In this document: in pieces, positions 38,452-47,722 of the stretch
Position numbering within the stretch: the first letter of the stretch is position 1
Layout of the letters: every line of letters begins with the position of its first letter
Source: Candidatus Heimdallarchaeum endolithica
GTDB taxonomy: Archaea > Asgardarchaeota > Heimdallarchaeia > Heimdallarchaeales > Heimdallarchaeaceae
Direction: 5' to 3'
Assembly: GCA_021513715.1 (NCBI GenBank)
Contig: CP084167.1
Location: 2,016,001-2,080,000 of the forward strand
Length of the DNA stretch: 64,000 bases
The notes under the pieces: generated by a model
Told to the model about the DNA's origin: nothing
The model's database searches: none
The model's input: only the letters and a program-made list of their open reading frames with translations
Position numbers and translations under genes: made by a program

Positions 38452-38922
38452 ATGAATGTAGATTTTGATATTGATTCCATCCTAGCGCGTTATAATTTTG
38501 ATTCTAGCGCTTTAATTCAGATTTTGTCCGATGTTCAAGATAAATATGGTTATCTCCCACGTGAAGTCTTAGAGGACATTTCACAAAAAATTGAAGTCTC
38601 TTTAAGTAAAATGTGGGGTGTAATATCTTTTTATGCCTTATTTAAACTTAAACCTCCTGCCAAATATAACATAACAGTTTGTCAAGGTACAGCATGTCAT
38701 GTTTCAGGAGCAAAACGCAATCTTGAGTACATTGAATCAAAGTTAAATCTAAAAGCTGGAGAACATTCTCCTGATGGGAAATACTCTCTTGAAACTGTAG
38801 CTTGTATTGGTTCATGTGCTTTAGCCCCAACGATCGTTATCAACGGAAAAGTTTATGGCAGAAATACAGTAAAAACAATTGATAAGCTACTTTCGAGATT
38901 AGAGGAGGGCGAAAAAAAATGA
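38452..38922 (+). CDS. NuoE/HydC-like [2Fe-2S] subunit
   Basis: CQGTACH...CIGSC. Confidence 0.9.
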   Translation: MNVDFDIDSILARYNFDSSALIQILSDVQDKYGYLPREVLEDISQKIEVSLSKMWGVISFYALFKLKPPAKYNITVCQGTACHVSGAKRNLEYIESKLNLKAGEHSPDGKYSLETVACIGSCALAPTIVINGKVYGRNTVKTIDKLLSRLEEGEKK

Positions 38923-40859
38923 ATAAATCTAATCATTTTCATGATATAACTGAAGAAGCAATATTATATAGCAAGGAGAAACATAATAAAAATAGGATTA
39001 TTATAGGCTATGGGACTTGTGGTATTGCTGCAGGAGCAGAAGAAGTTCTGAAAGAAGTGCAACAAGTGCTTCATGAATTAAAAATAGAAGATGTCATTAT
39101 AGAAAAAACAGGATGTATAGGTTGTTGTTCTTATGAACCTTTAATGGATATTGAACTAGCTAACTCACCCAGAGTTTCTTATAAAAATGTTAAACCTAAG
39201 GAAGTAAAAGAGATAATAGATAAACACTTTGAAGGAGAACTCAAAAAAGAAAAAGTTTTCTGCATGTTTGATGAACAAGAAAATATTATTCAAAACCAAG
39301 AGTCATGGAAATATAATATTCCAGAGATTTACTCTGGACTACCAACTTTCAAATCCTTGCCAATGTTAAAGAAACAAAAGAGAATAACGTTAAGAAATGT
39401 TGGAATAATTGATCCTGAAAACATCAACGATTACCTTGCTAGAGGTGGCTACCAAGCCCTTTACAAAACTCTAACTGCTCTTTCTCCCAAAGAGGTTATT
39501 GATGAAATCAAATCTTCTGGCCTTCGTGGTCGTGGTGGTGCTGGTTTTCCTACTGGCGTGAAATGGGAATTCGCATATAATGCAGAACTTTCAAAAACGA
39601 CTGAAGATAGTATTGAAAAAACTGAAAAATATGTTGTCTGTAATGCTGATGAAGGCGACCCTGGAGCTTTCATGGACAGATCTTTGATTGAAGGAGATCC
39701 TCATAGTGTAATTGAAGGATTGACTATTGCTGCTTACGCCATTGGAGCAACTAAGGGATTTATTTACATCCGAGCTGAATATCCACTTGCTATTAAACGT
39801 TTAGAGATTGCACTAAAACAAGCCTACGAAAACCATTTTCTTGGAGACAACATTTTTGGTACTGATTTTCATTTTTCTATTGAAATCAGAAAAGGAGCTG
39901 GTGCTTTTGTTTGTGGAGAAGAAACAGCTTTAATAAACTCTATAATGGGATTACGTGGTGAACCTCGTCCCCGTCCTCCTTATCCTGCTGTTTCCGGATT
40001 ATGGGGTAAACCAACAATTATCAACAATGTTAAGACTCTTGTCACAGTTCCTGTTATTCTTCTTAATGGCGCTAAATGGTTTAGCAGCATTGGAACAGAA
40101 GACACTAAGGGTACTGCTGTTTTTGCTCTTACTGGGGACGTTAAAAATTCTGGTTTAGTTGAAGTCCCTATGGGTACAACTCTTCGTGAAATCATTTTCG
40201 ATATCGGTGGAGGTGTCAAAGGGAATAAACAGTTTAAAGCAGTTCAGACAGGGGGTCCTTCTGGTGGTTGTATTCCTTTTTCGCTAATTGATACTCCAGT
40301 TGACTTTGCTTCTCTTAAGAAACTTGGTTCTATTATGGGTTCCGGAGGCATGATTGTCTGTAGTGAGTCCACTTGTATGGTTGATTTAGCTCGTTATTTC
40401 ATGACATTTATCGCATCTGAATCTTGTGGAAAATGCACTCCTTGTCGAGAAGGAACAGTTCGCGCATTAGAAATGCTTGAGAAAATCACATCTGGTGATG
40501 CTACAATAGACATTCTTACTGATTTAGAGCAATTATCACTTGTTATCAAAGATACTGCTCTCTGTGGTTTAGGTCAAACTGCTCCTAATCCTATTTTGTC
40601 TACTCTTAAATACTTCAAAGAAGAATATATTGAGCACATTGAACAAAAAGTATGTCGAGCAAAGGTTTGTCCTGGATTATTCAATTATGTTATTAATGAT
40701 GATCTTTGCATTAAATGTGGTGTGTGCCAAAACGTTTGCCCAGTTGATGCTGTTTTTGGTTCTAAGGAGACTGGTTTTTTCATTGAGAATCGTCTATGTA
40801 TCTCTTGCAATGCATGTTTTGAGCGTTGTCCAAAGAGAGCAATTGAGAAGGTGAATTAA
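38919..40859 (+). CDS. NuoF/HydB-like FMN/NAD(P)H-binding subunit
   Basis: N-terminal thioredoxin-like [2Fe-2S], GRGGAGFPTG, NADEGDPGAFMD, GGPSGG, ESCGKCTPCREG, two C-terminal [4Fe-4S] motifs. Confidence 0.92.
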   Translation: MNKSNHFHDITEEAILYSKEKHNKNRIIIGYGTCGIAAGAEEVLKEVQQVLHELKIEDVIIEKTGCIGCCSYEPLMDIELANSPRVSYKNVKPKEVKEIIDKHFEGELKKEKVFCMFDEQENIIQNQESWKYNIPEIYSGLPTFKSLPMLKKQKRITLRNVGIIDPENINDYLARGGYQALYKTLTALSPKEVIDEIKSSGLRGRGGAGFPTGVKWEFAYNAELSKTTEDSIEKTEKYVVCNADEGDPGAFMDRSLIEGDPHSVIEGLTIAAYAIGATKGFIYIRAEYPLAIKRLEIALKQAYENHFLGDNIFGTDFHFSIEIRKGAGAFVCGEETALINSIMGLRGEPRPRPPYPAVSGLWGKPTIINNVKTLVTVPVILLNGAKWFSSIGTEDTKGTAVFALTGDVKNSGLVEVPMGTTLREIIFDIGGGVKGNKQFKAVQTGGPSGGCIPFSLIDTPVDFASLKKLGSIMGSGGMIVCSESTCMVDLARYFMTFIASESCGKCTPCREGTVRALEMLEKITSGDATIDILTDLEQLSLVIKDTALCGLGQTAPNPILSTLKYFKEEYIEHIEQKVCRAKVCPGLFNYVINDDLCIKCGVCQNVCPVDAVFGSKETGFFIENRLCISCNACFERCPKRAIEKVN

Positions 40860-40860
40860 A

Positions 40861-43572
40861 ATGTCAGAAGAAAAAATTTCTATTATTGTTGATGGTCAAA
40901 AAATCTTATGTAAAAAGGATGACACATATCTTTCAGCTATCACCCGTGCAGGAATAGAGATCCCTACTTTGTGTCATATGGAAGAATTAAAACCGTCCGG
41001 TGCCTGTCGTATTTGTGTTATTGAGGTTGAAGGAGCGCCTAATTTAGTTGCTGCTTGCGTCACACCAGTTCGTCCTAATGCAGTGGTTACTACCTATAAT
41101 GAACGAATTCATCGTGCGCGTCAAACTAATATTGAATTACTTCTTCGCTCGCACCCATTAAACTGTATAGTGTGTAATAAAAATGGTGTTTGCACTCTAC
41201 AAAAACTAGCCTATCAGTATGTTCCAAAGAGTCGCTTAAGTAAACTAGAGGGTAAAAAACCAACTACAGACCTAGCAGAAGTGAATGAATTTTTTGTGCT
41301 CAATTATTCCGCCTGTATCCGTTGTCAGCTTTGTGTTCGTGTTGCAGATGAGATACAAGTATGCAATGTTCTTTCCATGCAGGACAGAGGTTTTGATATC
41401 TATCCTAGTGCTGGTTTTGGTAGAAGTTTTGAAGAAGCAGGGTGTGTCGCTTGTGGGAATTGTGTAGAAGTCTGTCCAGTTGGAGCACTAGTTAGCAAAT
41501 CTATCAAAACTACAAAAAGTCGGTCTTATGAATTAAAGAAAACAGTAACAACATGTACTTACTGTGGAGTTGGTTGTCAACTAGAGATATTAGTAGATCC
41601 AAAACAAAACAAGATTGTTAACGTTCAATCACATAGAGACAGCATAAATGGGTTATCACTTTGTGTGAAAGGGAGATATGGATGGAATTATGTCCATCAT
41701 CAAGACAGAATAAATACTCCATTAATTAAGAAGGATGGAAAATTTGTAGAATCTAGCTGGGAAGAAGCTTTCGATCTTATTGAAAAGCAATTCAAGAAAA
41801 TTATTAGTGAATCGGGCCCTGATTCTCTTGCTTTTCTAACTTCTGCCAAATGTACAAATGAGGAGAATTATTTGATGCAGAAGCTTTCCCGTGCAGCTAT
41901 TGGAACAAACAATATTGATCACTGTGCGCGCCTTTGTCATGCTTCTACAGTCACTGGACTTGTCAAAGCTTTTGGCTCTGGAGCGATGACAAATAGTATT
42001 TCTGATTTAACTAATGATGCTGAAGTTATCTTTATTATTGGAAGCAATACAACAGAGGCGCACCCAGTAATAGGGACAAAAATTAAGCAAGCTGTTAAAA
42101 ATGGCAAAACAAAATTAATTGTTGCTGACCCTCGTAAGATTGAACTATCAGATTATGCTGAAGTTTATATGTCTCAAAGACCAGGTAGCGATGTTGCTCT
42201 TATCAATGCTATGATCAAGTACATTATTGATGAAGGGTTATATGATGAAGCGTTTATTAAACAAAGGACAGAAGACTTTGAGAAATTAAAAGAAAACATT
42301 AGCAAAATAGACTTTTCCTCCCTCTGTAAGATTGCTAATGTTGAAGAAGAAGAAGTAAAAAAAGCTGCATCACTTTATGCTACTGCAAAAACTGCAGCCA
42401 TAATTTATGCTATGGGTATTACCCAACATACAACAGGGACAGATAATGTTCTAAGTCTAGCTAATTTGGCTATGATAACTGGAAATGTTGGAAAACCAGG
42501 TACTGGAGTTAACCCGTTACGTGGTCAAAACAATGTTCAAGGAGCTTGTGATCTGGGAGGATTACCTGATGTTTTCCCTGGTTATCAAAAAGTAACTAAT
42601 GAAGAGAACATCAAGAAATTCAAAGATTTTTGGGGAGTAGATAAGCTTGATAACAAAGAAGGATTAACCGTTGTTGAAATAATGAACGAAGCCCATAAAG
42701 GAAATATTAGAGGAATCTACATCATGGGTGAAAATCCAGTCATTAGTGACCCAAATGTTAACCATGTTAGAGAAGCTCTTGAAAAGGTGGAATTCTTAGT
42801 TGTTCAAGATTTATTTATTACTGAAACTGCAAAATATGCAGACGTTATTCTTCCAGGACAGTCTTTTGCTGAAAAAGACGGTACTTACACCAATACAGAA
42901 AGAAGGGTACAGAGAGTTCGAAAAGCTATAGAAACAGAAGGAAGTAGATTGCCTGATTGGAAAATATTAGAGATTATGCTTAACCGTTTTGGAATTGAAA
43001 AACACTATAACTCTCCGAGTGAGATAATGGATGAAATTGCTCAAGTAACCCCAATCTATGGAGGAATTAGTTATGAAAGGTTAGAAAATAGAGGTCTACA
43101 GTGGCCATGTCCATCAAGTGATCACCCTGGTACTCCTATATTACACAAGGATAAATTCTCTAGAGGAAAAGGAAAATTCCACACTATAAATTACTTGGAC
43201 CCAGACGAACTTCCTGATGACGAGTATCCTCTAATTTTAACCACAGGCCGTAATTTATTCCATTTTCATACTGGAGAGATGACACATAGAGTTGCAGGAA
43301 TTCACCAACGTAAACCAATCGAAAAAAGTGAAATAAACGTTAAAGATGCAAAGAAATTAGGAATAAAAACTGGTGATAAGGTCATCATTGAATCAAGGAG
43401 AGGTAAAGTACTAACAGAAGTAAAAGTCACTGACAGGATTAAGGAAGGAGTCGTTTTCATGACTTTCCACTTTAAAGATTCAGCTGCTAATCTCCTAACA
43501 AATGATGCCCTTGATCCTCTTTCAAAAATACCAGAACTCAAAGTATGTGCAGTAAAGGTAACAAAAAAATAG
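40861..43572 (+). CDS. fdhA: Formate dehydrogenase alpha subunit (Mo/W-bisPGD, Cys-ligated) with N-terminal NuoG-like Fe-S domains
   Basis: CRIC, HxxxCxxC, 2x[4Fe-4S], CTYCGVGC, DHCARLCH, LRGQNNVQG. Confidence 0.92.
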   Translation: MSEEKISIIVDGQKILCKKDDTYLSAITRAGIEIPTLCHMEELKPSGACRICVIEVEGAPNLVAACVTPVRPNAVVTTYNERIHRARQTNIELLLRSHPLNCIVCNKNGVCTLQKLAYQYVPKSRLSKLEGKKPTTDLAEVNEFFVLNYSACIRCQLCVRVADEIQVCNVLSMQDRGFDIYPSAGFGRSFEEAGCVACGNCVEVCPVGALVSKSIKTTKSRSYELKKTVTTCTYCGVGCQLEILVDPKQNKIVNVQSHRDSINGLSLCVKGRYGWNYVHHQDRINTPLIKKDGKFVESSWEEAFDLIEKQFKKIISESGPDSLAFLTSAKCTNEENYLMQKLSRAAIGTNNIDHCARLCHASTVTGLVKAFGSGAMTNSISDLTNDAEVIFIIGSNTTEAHPVIGTKIKQAVKNGKTKLIVADPRKIELSDYAEVYMSQRPGSDVALINAMIKYIIDEGLYDEAFIKQRTEDFEKLKENISKIDFSSLCKIANVEEEEVKKAASLYATAKTAAIIYAMGITQHTTGTDNVLSLANLAMITGNVGKPGTGVNPLRGQNNVQGACDLGGLPDVFPGYQKVTNEENIKKFKDFWGVDKLDNKEGLTVVEIMNEAHKGNIRGIYIMGENPVISDPNVNHVREALEKVEFLVVQDLFITETAKYADVILPGQSFAEKDGTYTNTERRVQRVRKAIETEGSRLPDWKILEIMLNRFGIEKHYNSPSEIMDEIAQVTPIYGGISYERLENRGLQWPCPSSDHPGTPILHKDKFSRGKGKFHTINYLDPDELPDDEYPLILTTGRNLFHFHTGEMTHRVAGIHQRKPIEKSEINVKDAKKLGIKTGDKVIIESRRGKVLTEVKVTDRIKEGVVFMTFHFKDSAANLLTNDALDPLSKIPELKVCAVKVTKK

Positions 43573-43575
43573 GCT

Positions 43576-44583
43576 TTATTTCTTTTTAATACCTAGTTTT
43601 TTCTTTAATTTTTTTATTTCAGTATCAATTTCATCAGAAACCTTATTCTGCAAACTATATGACAAATCTTGTAGCGCATGTAATCCTAGGAAGGGGATAT
43701 TGTTTTCCATCCAATATTTATATTCTGACTCTAGTGTTAAGTTGACATATTGAGAAAAGAGGTCAAATTCGAAAATTTGATTATTAAATAAGTACTTCGC
43801 CACTAAGAATGCTAAGAAGAAGTGCCTTTTTTCAATTAAATGATGAATCCACTCTTTAGGATTATTATTTAATTCATAGCTATCAAGAGGTTCAAAATTT
43901 TTTCTTTCTATAATTTTAGATTTAGGTAATAAATAATCCTCTTTTTCTAAAGAAAAGTTTGAAATATTTAATCTTGGAGTATTAACATTTAAAAAAAACC
44001 TATATTCAAGAGTATTCATATCAATTATTTTTGTTGCATCATAAAGCCTGATTCTAGGAGCTAAACGAATAAATACATCAGCTCTACTTAAACCAAAAGA
44101 AAAAATAAAAGATGGAGGAACTGCGTAATCTTCAGCATATAGAGCAAGCAGTGGTTCAATCAACCCATTTTCATAAATAAGTATCGTTACTCCCTCTTTT
44201 ATTGTCTCTAACTGTCTTAACAGCCTCACATCAAGGTGGGGACGATCACAGGGAACAAATTGTATCGAGGTTTTTGGTAATAATTTTAATAGTACAGATG
44301 CTATCCCCTTTCCTACACCAATAAAATTAATTTTTTTGTTATCTTCAACAAATCCAATATTATCTCTTTTTAGGAGAGGTTTTAATATACCCTCATATTT
44401 TATTTTCCTTTTATGGTTGTTTAAGGATACAATAACATTGTCATAATTATTAATTCCATCTTCTACTATTTTAAAAAGCAAAGGCTTGGCATTTATGTCC
44501 ATTAATGCTTTATCTATAAGTTCTCCTTTCTGCTTGTACCTTTTCGAATCACCACCAGATAAGACAGCCAAACTTACCTGTAT
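43576..44583 (-). CDS. mobA: Molybdenum cofactor guanylyltransferase (MobA-like) with C-terminal extension
   Basis: AVLSGGDSKR...DKAL, VPCDRP, IEPLLALY, FLNVNTP; next to fdh; frame open to ATA 44583 behind AGGAGGT. Confidence 0.7.
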   Translation of the reverse strand: MQVSLAVLSGGDSKRYKQKGELIDKALMDINAKPLLFKIVEDGINNYDNVIVSLNNHKRKIKYEGILKPLLKRDNIGFVEDNKKINFIGVGKGIASVLLKLLPKTSIQFVPCDRPHLDVRLLRQLETIKEGVTILIYENGLIEPLLALYAEDYAVPPSFIFSFGLSRADVFIRLAPRIRLYDATKIIDMNTLEYRFFLNVNTPRLNISNFSLEKEDYLLPKSKIIERKNFEPLDSYELNNNPKEWIHHLIEKRHFFLAFLVAKYLFNNQIFEFDLFSQYVNLTLESEYKYWMENNIPFLGLHALQDLSYSLQNKVSDEIDTEIKKLKKKLGIKKK

Positions 44584-45076
44584 GTAAATTACCTCCTAAT
44601 AAAAAATAGGTTAGTATCAGCTTTTTAATTATTTCTCCTTTTAAAAAAATGAAAAGTCTACATTAAAAGTCTATTAACAAAAGTTCTTTGATGTTTAATA
44701 TTTAACTTTTCTCGAGAAATAGTTGTTATACAAAACAGAATAAAAATAATCAACATGAAACATAATGACTTTAGAGCAATAGGTTAAAAATATAGATAAA
44801 AACGTATTTTTGCTTATTTTTCTATTCACAAAATATAATATAATATATAATAATTATTATCTAAGACTTAAAAGTTTTTTATAACTATCAATCCAAACCT
44901 TGAATTTAAGGAAGATATAATCTAAAGTAATAATTGGGAACATAATCTTAGAAGCAGCTTAGATGGCTTTAGCTAGACACAATTAAAATGTTCCGACAAA
45001 AAACCTAATACTATGTATGGTGTTTTTATTAACTAGTAAAAATTTTTATAGTTGTAAGTAAAAGGTTATATGAAAG

Positions 45077-45114
45077 TGATAGCACTATCAAAAATGATAG
45101 TAATTGAATGATAG
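45077..45114 (+). promoter_or_regulatory. TGATAG operator-like repeats just downstream of a TATA box
   Basis: TTATAT at about 45066; TGATAG-CA-CTATCA inverted pair at 45077-45090, further TGATAG at 45095 and 45109. Confidence 0.55.
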
Positions 45115-45147
45115 CCGAAATAAAAAAATCAAAAAAGATGAAAAAGA

Positions 45148-45744
45148 ATGTTACAAGGTCAAGAGCGATGGGATAAGATAGAAGAATTAAAAAAACAAGG
45201 ATTTACATATTCAGAAATCGCCCCCATTATAGGCCTTGGTTCAGGAAAAGCTGTTAGTGTTTGGGTTGCGCGTAACAGAAGCAAGTATGAAAGTGGGAAA
45301 AGTCAACCACGTAAAAAAAGAACTGAAAGAGTTAAACGTTTTCCACAGGTATATGATGAAAAACAAATTTATAATCTTCATAAAGAAGAGATCGAGAAAG
45401 GAGAAAGTTTGGATATCAGCCAATTTAATAATGAAGATATAGAAACTTTTCTTATATCCATCCTCAACTTATGTGATGTCGATGTAACGAAATTTCACAT
45501 TCACAAAGATGAAGAAAATGAACGTTGGACAGTAGGCATTCTTGCAGAACTCAAGAGTCGTAATAAAACTATTTTCCCATATAGCGTTAGAATACGGACA
45601 ACAGCAGCTATAGGAAAATATCTTCCAGAACTTAAAGATCAGGAAGAGATAGAGAAAAAAAGAGTTATTGCCTCTAAGATCAAGTCAGTTGCTCAAGAAG
45701 TAGAAATTTTAAGTGCAGCAATGGGAGAAAATAATACAGAGTAG
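45148..45744 (+). CDS. Hypothetical DNA-binding protein with N-terminal helix-turn-helix
   Basis: KIEELKKQGFTYSEIAPIIGLGSGKAVSVWV HTH pattern followed by a basic linker. Confidence 0.7.
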   Translation: MLQGQERWDKIEELKKQGFTYSEIAPIIGLGSGKAVSVWVARNRSKYESGKSQPRKKRTERVKRFPQVYDEKQIYNLHKEEIEKGESLDISQFNNEDIETFLISILNLCDVDVTKFHIHKDEENERWTVGILAELKSRNKTIFPYSVRIRTTAAIGKYLPELKDQEEIEKKRVIASKIKSVAQEVEILSAAMGENNTE

Positions 45745-45914
45745 AAGTGAGCATAAAAGAGAAAATAGCACATTTAGGAAGAACAAACCTTTGTTATTAC
45801 TTAAAAAGCGATATCAGTATGTTTTTTTGCAGAATTTACTCTAATTAAGTTATAAGAATAAATTTCAACAGATAGGTCATTTTTTTCTATGAAGTTAATG
45901 TAAAACTTAAAAAA

Positions 45915-45956
45915 CACTATCACTATCACTACCACTATCACAATTACTATCACTAT
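45915..45956. repeat. Seven tandem CACTAT-type hexamers
   Basis: CACTAT CACTAT CACTAC CACTAT CACAAT TACTAT CACTAT. Confidence 0.85.
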
Positions 45957-46011
45957 CGAATGATAAAAAATATTAGGAAAACTGTAATAAAAAAAAGAAA
46001 AAAGATAAGAA

Positions 46012-46905
46012 CTAATCTAGTTTTGTCCCACAAGATATACAAAACTTATCTTGTATCTCATTCTTTGCTCCACAGTTAGGGCAAAACTTGGCTTGAACTA
46101 CATCTTGTGTCGACAATGATTCGGAAGGTTGTGAAGGAACTGAAGAGGGAGGTACAGAAGAGGGATCTTGACCAGGAGTTTCTGTTGGAGGTTGTGAAGG
46201 AACTACGCCTAGTGGTGCTACTAAAAGAATATCCCTTTCTAGATCCTTCAACCCTATTATTAAAAGGATAAAACCAACTAGAGACAACAACCCGCTAACG
46301 CCGAACATGGCAATACCGGTAATAAACTGCATTATATTAGCAATTATTGTAAAAGCCACTGCAATGAATAATTTTTTAGATGCTGGCTTAGCAAATCTAC
46401 CTTGTTTCCTTAAATCTTCGAATGTATCGTAGATAAAATAGAAACCAGCAGCTAATGAGAAAGAACTTAAAAGTGAGAGTATCTTTCCAAAAGTTCCAGG
46501 GATAAAGCTTAAAACATAACAGACAATATAACCATAAATACCAAAACTAACATTTTTTGTATTTTTTAGGGATTGATCTAAATTTGCAAATTCTGAAAAA
46601 CCACTTCCGAGTCTGTAATATTGCACTAATATCATAATTATAACAACAATATAGGCCAAGGCAAGCAACAAGATGAAAATGCCCAAAATTATTAGAGGCC
46701 CAAACATTACGCCGACTAATGAATATGGATTGTTTGGGTCAACAGTCATTTCACTTCCTAACGCAATAACCAATATAATAATTGCAAGGATCAATAGTAT
46801 AAAAGACAGCACAACAACAGCTAAAAGTAATTTAGCTATTTTTCCTGAACTTTCAGATATTTTTCTTTTTGATAATTCAAAAGGATTTACTTGTGTTTGA
46901 TACAT
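46012..46905 (-). CDS. Multi-pass membrane protein with C-terminal double zinc ribbon
   Basis: About 6 TM segments, Pro/Ser linker, FCPNCG...FCISCG. Confidence 0.75.
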   Translation of the reverse strand: MYQTQVNPFELSKRKISESSGKIAKLLLAVVVLSFILLILAIIILVIALGSEMTVDPNNPYSLVGVMFGPLIILGIFILLLALAYIVVIIMILVQYYRLGSGFSEFANLDQSLKNTKNVSFGIYGYIVCYVLSFIPGTFGKILSLLSSFSLAAGFYFIYDTFEDLRKQGRFAKPASKKLFIAVAFTIIANIMQFITGIAMFGVSGLLSLVGFILLIIGLKDLERDILLVAPLGVVPSQPPTETPGQDPSSVPPSSVPSQPSESLSTQDVVQAKFCPNCGAKNEIQDKFCISCGTKLD

Positions 46906-47078
46906 TTAAACACCAAAACATATAAGTTTATTCTAGTTAATAAATGTGTCTCAATAATTATCTGAAAGTTTATTATTCAACAACTAATAAAGGTTAAAGT
47001 GCAAAAATTATAAAGAATGAAGTCAATAGAAACAATAGAATAATAAAAAATAAAATTAGACACAAATAATAAACTTTT

Positions 47079-47579
47079 TTATTTTTGTATATTTTCCTTC
47101 ACAATGTCATTTTGCTCTTTCTGTACTTCATTTCTTTTCTCTTCTAAGTCTTTTGTTGCATAGACTTTAGTTGGAAATTGTTCGTTTCGTGAGTCTCCCA
47201 CATGTCCAACTAAATCAGAAACGATATATTTTTGCTGCACAGTTTTATGTAAATCACCAATATTGTCTTCTGTTAATTGTTGCAATCTACTTCGGATGCC
47301 CACACGTTCTCCTGAAGATAACAAGAATCCAGACCTACTTATAGTATCTGCTTGTCTTCTTGCAGTTCTTTGAGCTACCAAACCTAAACTTTTTGCAAAT
47401 ATTAGGTTCCACTCGTTTCTATTCCTATTAAAAATCAACAAACCATCAACACCTACGCTATCTAAACTTGCACTTATTTCATCGGGAGAACCTTGTGTTA
47501 TCGATTTGAATTTCTTTTGATCCGTAGGTTCTTTAAATTCCCTTACAGAGTGATCATAAATGAGATAAACATGTTCCAT
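47079..47579 (-). CDS. Hypothetical protein, possible divergent single gelsolin-like domain
   Basis: SLDS..V..LLIF.....W.L.F......AQRTARRQADTI resembles the gelsolin core; AGGTG RBS upstream. Confidence 0.5.
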   Translation of the reverse strand: MEHVYLIYDHSVREFKEPTDQKKFKSITQGSPDEISASLDSVGVDGLLIFNRNRNEWNLIFAKSLGLVAQRTARRQADTISRSGFLLSSGERVGIRSRLQQLTEDNIGDLHKTVQQKYIVSDLVGHVGDSRNEQFPTKVYATKDLEEKRNEVQKEQNDIVKENIQK

Positions 47580-47722
47580 ACTAACACCTAAAAGATACTA
47601 TATTATGACTGATTTATTTTTTATTAAAAAATTTCCTCACTAGGCAACATAAAATTTTTGGAATAAAATAAAAAAGCAGAAAAATAAGTTTACAATTTAA
47701 AATAGTAAAAAAAAGAAAAAAA

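Noticed and set aside
41920-41940. Selenocysteine in formate dehydrogenase
   Set aside because: The metal-ligand position is Cys (TGT) in HCARLCH; there is no in-frame TGA
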